Origin: a virus
Reading direction: 5' to 3' (one strand)
DNA length: 64,000 nt
Virus record (IMG/VR): IMGVR_UViG_3300029922_000017
Location: 1 to 64,000 of that record
This document shows positions 33,501-41,476 of the stretch, in pieces (position 1 is the stretch's first letter; every line of letters starts with the position of its first letter). The notes beneath the pieces are model-generated. The model searched no databases. It was given only the letters and a program-made list of their open reading frames with translations, and was not told the DNA's origin. The position numbers and the translations under genes were made by a program.

Positions 33501-33659
33501 AGGCCTCAATGACTGGACTCGAACCAATACCACGAACAGATATAGCCCGTGCGCTACCTACTATTAATAATTTCTGTGCTTACTTCATCATCCTTATTAC
33601 GTAATAATAGATGCCTTCATCCACATACTCGATACTAATAGCAATTACACCACATTGAG
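33501..33659 (-). ncRNA. tRNA scaffold with an ~85-nt structured insertion in the D-loop
   Basis: Acceptor CTCAATG/CATTGAG, T-arm ATTGG-TTCGAGT-CCAGT, insertion closed by GCTATTAGT/ATTAATAGT. Confidence 0.6.
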
Positions 33660-33666
33660 ATTAAAT

Positions 33667-33969
33667 TGGTTCCTTATTCCGTGTCCCTTCCACGTCTCCG
33701 AAATTACGCATCATAGATAGTAGGGGCGTTAATAAGAAATTGAATTACAAAATCATGTTACGGATAGCAGTTATACAGGAACACTGTTGTCCTACACATC
33801 AATGAGATTTCCGTGCTGTATCACACTCTCAAATGGATTTTGTAAATTGTTTTCTACTTTATAATGTAAAGGCTTACTCACCAGCAAACGAGGCCAGTGG
33901 TTGGGATTCCAACCCATTACAACCGTAGCATCAGCCGTTTTTTAGTTATCGGTTCATTACTAATAGAAA
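33667..33969 (-). ncRNA. Three tandem stem-closed RNA units (33667-33738, 33741-33845, 33848-33969)
   Basis: Closing stems TTCTTATT/AATAAGGA-ACCA, TACAAAATC/GATTTTGTA and TTTCTA/TAGAAA, each with an NCA-ATTT 3' end. Confidence 0.5.
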
Positions 33970-33970
33970 T

Positions 33971-34056
33971 TGGTGGATGCTAGGGACTTGAACCCTTTCT
34001 TTCAACTAAGTTATAGTTGATGTGCTTCCTTGGAATCTCACCTACACCAAGCAACC
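33971..34056 (-). tRNA. Atypical tRNA, enlarged D-loop, nominal AAC (Val) anticodon
   Basis: T-loop TTCAAGT, CCA, loop ATAACTT. Confidence 0.5.
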
Positions 34057-34062
34057 ATAAAT

Positions 34063-34139
34063 TGGTTTTGGACACAGATTTCATACTGTAAAAACTCCCC
34101 AACAGAGAGTGGTGTTATGAATATTAACACTAATCCAAA
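34063..34139 (-). tRNA. Degenerate tRNA-like RNA
   Basis: Acceptor TTTGGAT/GTCCAAA-ACCA, four arms, non-consensus loops. Confidence 0.45.
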
Positions 34140-34241
34140 ATTTTAAACATCAACAGAAATATCAACACTTTTTATGATTGTAAACTCATAATCATATTGT
34201 AAACATTGAAGATTATGATAGTTTATTATTTTCAGTTTTGG

Positions 34242-34315
34242 TGGTGGAGAAAAAGAGAATCGAACTCTTATATACGAATTGCAAATCCGTCGTTCTACCA
34301 TTGAACTACTTCCCC
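34242..34315 (-). tRNA. tRNA-Ala(TGC)
   Basis: G3:U70, loop TTTGCAA, CCA. Confidence 0.92.
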
Positions 34316-34438
34316 ATTAAAAAATTATTATTTATTCTCCTTATTGGGGAAGAACCACGAATATTATACTATGATGAAAAACATGATAAAGTTTTCTCTT
34401 TATCCATACGGCATATGCCTATATAATATTAAATAAAT

Positions 34439-34508
34439 TGGAGCAAGAGAATAGGGTTGTCTATTATTTCCACTCGGATGAGTGGCGTTCTCATTAAACT
34501 ACTCATGC
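34439..34508 (-). tRNA. Degenerate tRNA-like RNA
   Basis: Acceptor plus TCCA, anticodon-position hairpin CCACT/AGTGG, no consensus T-loop. Confidence 0.4.
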
Positions 34509-34779
34509 ATAAATTGTCAGCCCGACGTGCGAGCCGATTTGAGCTACCTTTAGGTAAAGAGGTTCCGGCTTATTTTAATATCCGCCTCCCGATATTTTAT
34601 ATTAAATTACTTTTATTCAGTTAATAAAACCTTTGTAATTAAACAAGGTTGAAATTGTTATATTATATACTGAGTGGAGAGCATATAATAATTAAGTTAG
34701 TGTTGCCCACGGTTCGTATAGTCCACTATTCACATTATTCTAGGATTGAAGATTATCAATTCAATGATGCGTTATTAAA

Positions 34780-34854
34780 TGGTGGGGTCGGATGGATTTG
34801 AACCATCGTCTCTGCCCGCAATGGGCAGCATACTAAACACTATACGACAACCCC
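34780..34854 (-). tRNA. tRNA with aberrant anticodon loop (CATTGCG)
   Basis: Good acceptor, D- and T-arms and CCA; identity undetermined. Confidence 0.6.
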
Positions 34855-34938
34855 ATAATAATTTTCATTTTTTAAAGTTGAAACTCTTAATAACATTGCA
34901 ATCATTGATGATTATACGTTTTTTAAGATTTTCATATT

Positions 34939-35014
34939 TGGTGCGGCAACGGAGATTCGAACTCCGACTTTTGATTTGGAAGACCAACATGCTACCGTTG
35001 AACATCACTACCGC
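34939..35014 (-). tRNA. tRNA-Gly(TCC)
   Basis: Loop CTTCCAA, CCA. Confidence 0.9.
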
Positions 35015-35016
35015 AT

Positions 35017-35646
35017 TTAAATTTTAATATTATAATTTTTACACCATTTTCTTACTGCATTATCACTTACCCCGAATTTTTTCCCTATTTGTGTCATTGG
35101 AAGATTTTTAATCATTAATTCTAATTCGTTTTTTAATGGATGAACACATTTCCGTTGTCCATTAGCTCTACATTTATGAGAACAAAATTTTTGTTGAAAC
35201 GTTTTAGTATTAAATATTGAATTGCATGTTGGACATGTATGAGTATAATATTTTGGATTTGCAATATGTATTTTATTTTTCCAAGGAATGTTGGAAACTA
35301 TTAATTTTCTTCCGTCATAGTTATTTACTCTATTTAGAAATTCTTCGGTATTGTTATCTGCATGATGTATCATATGACAATTAGCACATAACAAATCACA
35401 CTTTTCTACTTCTGCCCAATACTTTTCCCAATTTGTCGTGATTGCGCTGGACAATCCAAATTCTTTTTGGGATGGGTCACGATGATGAAAATGAAATGCA
35501 GCTATGTTGCCACTCCACCCGCATCTTATGCATATTCCACCTTTTAATTTTACAGCTTCACGTTTTAATAGAAACCGTCTTATTTTTGTATTGTATGATG
35601 ATTTTGTCATACCTATAAATATAGCTAAACAATAAAAGAATAGCAA
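35017..35646 (-). CDS. HNH homing endonuclease with C-terminal HTH
   Basis: C..CG...FHFHHRDP..K...KCDLLCANCH; FGVSDNAVRKW. Confidence 0.85.
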   Translation of the reverse strand: MLFFYCLAIFIGMTKSSYNTKIRRFLLKREAVKLKGGICIRCGWSGNIAAFHFHHRDPSQKEFGLSSAITTNWEKYWAEVEKCDLLCANCHMIHHADNNTEEFLNRVNNYDGRKLIVSNIPWKNKIHIANPKYYTHTCPTCNSIFNTKTFQQKFCSHKCRANGQRKCVHPLKNELELMIKNLPMTQIGKKFGVSDNAVRKWCKNYNIKI

Positions 35647-35666
35647 TTATTTTTAAGTTCGAATAA

Positions 35667-35739
35667 TGGTGCTCCCTACCGGAATCGAACCGATGTAACT
35701 TTCTCATCAAGAAGCGCACTACCACTGTGTTAAAGGAGC
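35667..35739 (-). tRNA. tRNA-Ile(GAT)
   Basis: Loop TTGATGA, weak anticodon stem, CCA. Confidence 0.75.
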
Positions 35740-35747
35740 ATTGGAAT

Positions 35748-35822
35748 TGGTGCGCTTGCCGAGATTCGAACTCGGTTCCGACTGCTTAAGAGGCAGTGCT
35801 TCACCATCAAAGTTTCAGGCGC
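35748..35822 (-). tRNA. tRNA-Lys(CTT)
   Basis: Loop CTCTTAA, CCA. Confidence 0.9.
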
Positions 35823-35832
35823 ATTAAAAAAT

Positions 35833-35907
35833 TGGTGCATCCATCCAGAGTTGAACTGAAATCCCAAGGGTAAAAGCCTTGTAGTCTACCGATTGACTTA
35901 TGAATGC
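35833..35907 (-). tRNA. tRNA-Lys(TTT)
   Basis: Loop CTTTTAC, CCA. Confidence 0.88.
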
Positions 35908-36240
35908 ATAAATGTAAGTTTTTAATAAGATATTGACAAACTTACAAAGTTATTTTATGTGATTTTTTAGTAAATCTCCGGTCTTAATTAATTCCTCGGC
36001 AATATCACATTCCGATTTTTTACTACAAATTCGAGAACAATAAAGTTCTCGAATTAACCATCCATAATCATGAATAAACGATGATATGGCTTCATCTTTA
36101 TCATTTATTTTTCGTAAATATTTATGCTCATCCAGATGTTTTTGGATAACATCGATTTGAGTTTTCATGAATTCTGATAAGTGTTGGCAACTCATATTAA
36201 ATAAATATCAACCAGAATAAATGAAATATCAAGTTTTAAA

Positions 36241-36328
36241 TGGTCAGGCGGATGGGCGTCGAACCCACATGAAGCTTTCGCTACCAGATTCACAATCTGG
36301 GACATTAACCAATTATGCTACCAGCCTG
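36241..36328 (-). tRNA. tRNA-His(GTG) with variable arm and A73
   Basis: Loop TTGTGAA, variable arm AGC-GAAA-GCT, ends GACCA. Confidence 0.8.
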
Positions 36329-36339
36329 TTTATTTACTA

Positions 36340-36415
36340 TGGTAGTGCTGGCAGGAATCGAACCTAGCGTAGCTCATTTGAAGGACGAGCGAATCTACCA
36401 ATATTCTACAGCACC
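36340..36415 (-). tRNA. tRNA with TTC anticodon (Glu), atypical
   Basis: Loop CCTTCAA (C33), bulged T-stem, CCA. Confidence 0.7.
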
Positions 36416-36426
36416 ATTAAAAATAT

Positions 36427-36520
36427 TCAATGTTATAGTTGGATTCGAACCAACGAAGATATTTCTACCTTATCCCATACACGATGGGACAACTTCAACC
36501 ACTCGTTCATATACCATTGA
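36427..36520 (-). tRNA. Class II tRNA-like RNA without CCA
   Basis: D-arm, TCCCA/TGGGA arm with loop TCGTGTA, variable arm, GTTGG-TTCGAAT-CCAAC. Confidence 0.5.
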
Positions 36521-36560
36521 TTTTTACAAATTTACTAGTTAACATTTCACTTTGTAAATT

Positions 36561-36653
36561 TGGCACCTCGTATTAGAATTGAACTAATATTAACGGAATG
36601 ATTACCGCATCTAATTTTGGAGATTAGTGCCTTACCGGTCGAGCCAACGAGGT
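36561..36653 (-). tRNA. tRNA-Trp(CCA) with long variable arm
   Basis: Loop CTCCAAA, GCCA end, 22-nt variable region. Confidence 0.85.
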
Positions 36654-36856
36654 ATTTAAAAAATTAATACTCTGATTAATCCGGCTCAGAGTAATTGAGG
36701 CCAAATAAACATCATAAGAGGTTTATTAAACGACATTTAACCCAATGTCTCCGAGGGAATTATTGCCATCATAATTAATTAGATTAAAATGGACTAGTAT
36801 TTTACCACGGCTATAATCGCAATGTCATAGCAATAGGACTTCTCCTAGAAGGTATA

Positions 36857-37537
36857 TTATAAATATTTTTTCAATTCTTCAATGCATTTGATTACATTTG
36901 CTTTTACTTCTTTTGCCGTGAATCTTACAATCGTCCAGCCTTGTGATTTACTAAATATATCACGACGAGCATCAATTTTTTTAATCTTTTCCGATGTATG
37001 AGTTCCACCATCAACTTCAACGTCTATTTTTTTATCTACAAACGCAAAATCGTATTCATAGATTCCATTTCTGAATGCATACGTCCATCCAGTTATATTA
37101 GATGCTATCAAAGCATTCTCAAAGACTTGTTCTGGATATGATTTTCTAGATGAATGATTTATCAAATATGGAACTTTATCAGGATGTTCTGTTAAATATT
37201 TAATTCTAGCTTCGGAAATTTTTTGCTTAGTTTCTTCGGAATGTTTTTTTAAACCTCGTCCATTTTTTCGGGATAATTTATTCGCTGCTGATGTATTTCG
37301 AGTTGATTTAAATCGTCCAGACCTTATTGCGTTAAATATTACTGATTGTCCTGCTCCAAAATACGACGATATTTCTCGCCAAGTATGCCCCGCATCATAG
37401 TAAGATTGGATTTCATTCCAGTCATATTTTGATTTGTTGTTATGTCTGTAATTCTGAGGGCGTCGGGGGAATTAATCCCAATTTAAAAGCTGAATATTGA
37501 GTTTTAAGATTGAATATTTTCAACCATCTCCGGATAT
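36857..37537 (-). pseudogene. Disrupted DUF559/Vsr-like endonuclease
   Basis: YEYDFAF...IDVEVDG..H...D..RD; frame open ~100 codons upstream without ATG, apparent frameshift near 37465, 5' end abuts tRNA-Lys. Confidence 0.65.
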
Positions 37538-37540
37538 TGG

Positions 37541-37624
37541 TGGTGCTGCCGATGGGACTCGAACCCATGTTGTTTAAATACCGAGTTAAAAGCTCGGTCC
37601 AGTCGCCGCTATGGAAACGACAGC
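37541..37624 (-). tRNA. tRNA-Lys(TTT) with enlarged variable region
   Basis: Loop CTTTTAA, 12-nt variable region, CCA. Confidence 0.85.
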
Positions 37625-37941
37625 AAAAATTTATGTATCTCTCTACATCTGTCAAGCCTACGTCAAAGCGGGCTTTCGCTCTACAAATATGTTTTTATTG
37701 AAGATTTTAATCGGGAACCCTAAACAATTTAACCGGATTAAAATTGGAATGACATCATTCCCTGACTGCTATCGTCAAATCTCGGTCTGGGCTATTGACC
37801 CGCACCGCACGGAATATGGTGTTTCTTGGCACACCTACTACTCTAAGCCACTAAAATTCTAATCTTTTTATAGTGTTTCGGTATCTTTTTTACCGGACTC
37901 ACTCTTAACTTTCACTATCTTACCACATTATATTTAATTGT

Positions 37942-37974
37942 CAACAACAAACAACCGACCTTTTTTGGTCGGTT
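37942..37974 (-). terminator. Attenuator terminator hairpin
   Basis: AACCGACC-AAAAAA-GGTCGGTT followed by GTTTGTTGTT. Confidence 0.7.
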
Positions 37975-38004
37975 TATAAGTTTTTTATTTCTATTTCTTC
38001 TAAC

Positions 38005-38145
38005 TTATATTCCGACCTCGTGCTTTTTATCTTCCGCTCCTGCTAACCCGACAACTGTATTTCTATTATATGAATGGGAGCGGAGTGGTGCTACCCACTT
38101 AATTGTGGGGCAACTAAACTTCGGTTGTTTCATATTACTATTCAT
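38005..38145 (-). CDS. Putative attenuator leader peptide, 46 aa (not in ORF track)
   Basis: MNSNMKQPKFSCPTIKWVAPLRSHSYNRNTVVGLAGAEDKKHEVGI*; all 20 amino acids; 3' end complementary to the terminator 5' arm. Confidence 0.7.
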   Translation of the reverse strand: MNSNMKQPKFSCPTIKWVAPLRSHSYNRNTVVGLAGAEDKKHEVGI

Positions 38146-38223
38146 ACTAAATTATATATATCTTCGACTTTTACTTTTCTTTAAAATTTCTTAATAAATC
38201 TTTCATTAATTTATTATGTGAAC

Positions 38224-38817
38224 ATTCTACACTATTTTCGGAGAATGTCAAGTTCTTTTTAAAATATCGGTTTTACCTAGTTACATCCCCGAAAGTTTTT
38301 TAACGCACTAGGACTGCGGTAATTCATTATTACTTGCCGTTCGTCAGAATTACAATTGAGAACGTGCCAGTCAATTTACATGGAAAACTGACAAACCAAA
38401 TTTAACTATATCGACATTCTACACTATTTTCTAAGAATGTCAAGTTCTTTTTTACTTTCGTCTGGAAATTCGATTTTAGCAAACATCGGCTTATATTCAA
38501 ATTCCCACATATACCAATCTATCATCTGCTTCTTCCAGAAATTTCTTAACATTCTCAACTTCACTATTACTTTCAATGTCATTCATATTACACTATTTTT
38601 TCTAAATGTCAACTACTTTTTTAAAAGTGATGTTAATTATAACCTTTGACCGAGGGTTGTGTTGTCGACTGATAAAATATGCTACTATCCAAATTCACAT
38701 ATTTCCTGCGGCTCCATAAATTACTTTGATAGTTCATTTGGACATTCCCTATCGTTTCACGCCGACACCAACTCTAATTAACAAAATGGATTATAGACTA
38801 TTTTTCGGATTTGTCAA
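38224..38817 (-). promoter_or_regulatory. Four tandem sigma70-like promoters
   Basis: TTGACA...TAGAAT/TAGAAT/TAATAT/TATAAT with -35 boxes near 38251, 38443, 38612 and 38817. Confidence 0.7.
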
Positions 38818-39062
38818 GAGATTTCAAATTATTTTTTAATTTTTCTTCGAAATACTTATCCTACTCATCTTCTCCTAACATATCAAACGAGTCAAACATA
38901 ACGTCCATGACACTTCTCCGTCTGCCATTCTCTTTAAATTTTTCCCAAGTTTCATCATTCATAAAATATTATCTCCCTCGTAATTTCTTACATTCTAAAT
39001 TGGCACTATTACATTCGCCGCCAAATCTTAAACATGCGATTGAAAACATAAAAAAGAGCAAT

Positions 39063-39488
39063 TCACTTCCACTCTCCTAACTCTATCAATGTGCTTTTAA
39101 TCTCTTGCCAATCGGTGGCTCCGACATAGCCACTTTTATCGTCTAAAAGTATATTGAAATAAAATTTTTGCGAGAAGTCACATAACTCCGTAGATTTACA
39201 CTCTGGATTTTCATTTATATAATGGAATTTTAAATCGTGCCGGCGCAAAATATCATTTATAGAGTCGGAATGGCTAGATGTCCATAATATAGTTTTATGT
39301 AAGTTGGACTTGTATAATACATCTAACACTTCTTTCGCTACTGGATATAACATTGCGCCCGAATTCATTCGATTATACTTGCCCTCGATTACCGTATCAT
39401 GCAAATCAATTGCCCAGTAAATTTTATTCCACTTACGGATTTCCTTCTGTTCAAACGTATGTTTGATTATGTCTCTAATTGATTTCAT
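39063..39488 (-). CDS. HAD-like phage protein
   Basis: AIDLHDTV, LWTS, YINENP and LLDDK motifs. Confidence 0.7.
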   Translation of the reverse strand: MKSIRDIIKHTFEQKEIRKWNKIYWAIDLHDTVIEGKYNRMNSGAMLYPVAKEVLDVLYKSNLHKTILWTSSHSDSINDILRRHDLKFHYINENPECKSTELCDFSQKFYFNILLDDKSGYVGATDWQEIKSTLIELGEWK

Positions 39489-39952
39489 ACTTTACTTATA
39501 TCTCCAATATCCAATAATCTCGGAACATCTATCCAATTATCAGTTACTATAGTATTGCTCAATTTTCCTTTGTAGGTATCTAAATCTTCAGCCGTAGGGG
39601 AAAATAAAATTTTAACTATATTTTCAGGAAGATGGAACATAACCTCCGGTCTATCATCAATAAAATGAGTTAGTTCCAGTGCTTTTGCAAATATAGATTT
39701 GTCTTTCCGCTCAAAACAAAAGTATAAATTTTCAAATGGAACATTAGTATTTTTTAAAACTTCATATTTTAATAACCATTCCTCGACGTGCCACTTCTGA
39801 ACTGAATTACATTTTGATATAAAATATATATTATCAAATCGGGAATGTAAATTTTTGATTACATCAAATGAATTTGGGGCTGGTTCATCTTTATTACCGG
39901 TTGCCCGATTTCCTTTAATTGTCCATCCAATATCAATTCCTAAGTTTCTCAT
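39485..39952 (-). CDS. HAD-like protein
   Basis: GIDIGWTI, FIS, K..., THFIDDR. Confidence 0.7.
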   Translation of the reverse strand: MRNLGIDIGWTIKGNRATGNKDEPAPNSFDVIKNLHSRFDNIYFISKCNSVQKWHVEEWLLKYEVLKNTNVPFENLYFCFERKDKSIFAKALELTHFIDDRPEVMFHLPENIVKILFSPTAEDLDTYKGKLSNTIVTDNWIDVPRLLDIGDISKV

Positions 39953-40278
39953 ACTTCAATATATTTAATCGGTATTCCAAGTTTAATTGCCAGTGCTATT
40001 TCTCCCGCCACGCCTTTTGATTTATCCCAACCTTCCATTTTAAGAACCCACAATTCATCACATTTCGGCAAGATAAGTTCTAAATAATTCTTCCAATAAT
40101 TCCAATCGGTTGGCAATTCATGAGCAACTGCCATTGGATGTGTGGCGGCAATTGGAGAATAAATGTAATGTCCATCCTTCATCAAATTTGCGGTCACTTC
40201 CATTACTTGTTCAAATCGTTGTCTTTGAACATCTATATCAGAATGTGAATAGGGCGATGCTAAATAGATTAATTTCAT
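39949..40278 (-). CDS. Nucleoside deoxyribosyltransferase-like (DUF1937/DUF4406) protein
   Basis: IYLASPYS...CDELWVL...GWDKSKGV..E. Confidence 0.75.
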   Translation of the reverse strand: MKLIYLASPYSHSDIDVQRQRFEQVMEVTANLMKDGHYIYSPIAATHPMAVAHELPTDWNYWKNYLELILPKCDELWVLKMEGWDKSKGVAGEIALAIKLGIPIKYIEV

Positions 40279-40320
40279 TCTAAGGAGTATAACAGATATT
40301 TAGAATAAGTCAAGAAATTA

Positions 40321-40394
40321 TGGAGCGAGTGAAGGGAATCGGACCCTCGTATAAAGTTTGGAAAACTTCCATTCTACCATTGAATTACACTCGC
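40321..40394 (-). tRNA. tRNA-Gly(TCC)
   Basis: Loop TTTCCAA, T73-CCA. Confidence 0.88.
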
Positions 40395-40462
40395 TTTAAA
40401 TAGAGACTTCACAAGTCATGGTCTCTTTTCGAGATTGGGTAACTTGCCTCTAATCTCTGAAA

Positions 40463-40538
40463 TGGTAGCGATAATAGGAGTCGAACCTATATTGACAAAG
40501 CTTATGAGACTTCCGCATTACCATTATGCTATACCGCC
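40463..40538 (-). tRNA. tRNA(CAT), Met or Ile2
   Basis: Loop CTCATAA, CCA. Confidence 0.85.
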
Positions 40539-41476
40539 ATTAACTATAAATAGTGTTTACTTTTTCTTTTTTAGCGTTTTTCTTGCTTTTCTAAGCAATT
40601 CTGCTTTCTTTTTTTTAGAATATCCTGATACTCGTGTTCTTACAATGTCTGTTTCTTTAGACAGTCCATTTATGAAATCGATATTATCCCGAATTTGTTT
40701 AGTTGTTAATTTTCTCTCAACCAAATTTTCAGGTGGCTCTATTAACTGACGAGCATTAATTTCTCGAATTAATCTTTCCTTTTGAGCATCCGTCGCTCTT
40801 TGCATAGATGGAAAATATTTCGATTTCATGTTGATATAATATCAGATTTTAAATAAAAGTCAAGCAATATTATCAATTGCATCTTTTACCTTTTCAATGA
40901 TGGCATCATGCGTATCTTCAATAACATCCTGAAAATCATTGCTTAATTGACCAATTAAATCATTTACAATCTTCCATGTAAATTCTTGCCACTTTTGGCG
41001 GTCTTCATATGAAAGAGAATTTACTTCTGGGTAATGGGAATAATGTTCTTTCCAATTAATGTCAAAGGTTTTGCCGATGTTTGATAATTTATCCAGTGTT
41101 TCGTCGTATTTTTTATTCATGTTGATTTTTCCGAGACTCTTCTTCTAGGTATTTATTATAATCTTTTTTCCAAATATCTTCACCGAAAGTTTCTTCTATA
41201 AATTGACGTGGAGTTTTTTTAACTTTTAATGCATGTTTAACCAAGCATTCTATGTCATATGGGTCTCCCTCTTCAAATGCATCAAATCCAAGTAATTTTT
41301 TAGAAATTTTATTGCACTTGGATTTAAATAGTTGCTCCGTCATATTTAATGTTGAGGAAATGTTATAACTTGCCGATTGTCCATATAAATATTATCCATA
41401 TCAAAATTATTATCGCCAGTTTTACATCCGGCTTCGGACAATAATATTAAAATTAATATGAAAAATAATAAAAAGT

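Noticed and set aside
33560-33645. Hammerhead ribozyme within the tRNA insert
   Set aside because: The CUGANGA core is absent (GAUGAAG instead).
36660-37537. Group I intron containing the endonuclease ORF
   Set aside because: No interrupted host gene or recognisable P7 core; the flanking tRNAs are complete.
37440-37655. 71-aa ORF as an independent gene
   Set aside because: It runs through tRNA-Lys; only its 3' part looks like a frameshifted piece of the endonuclease pseudogene.
38224-38817. CRISPR-like array
   Set aside because: The repeats are degenerate promoter sequences with 170-200 bp spacing; no cas genes in the window.
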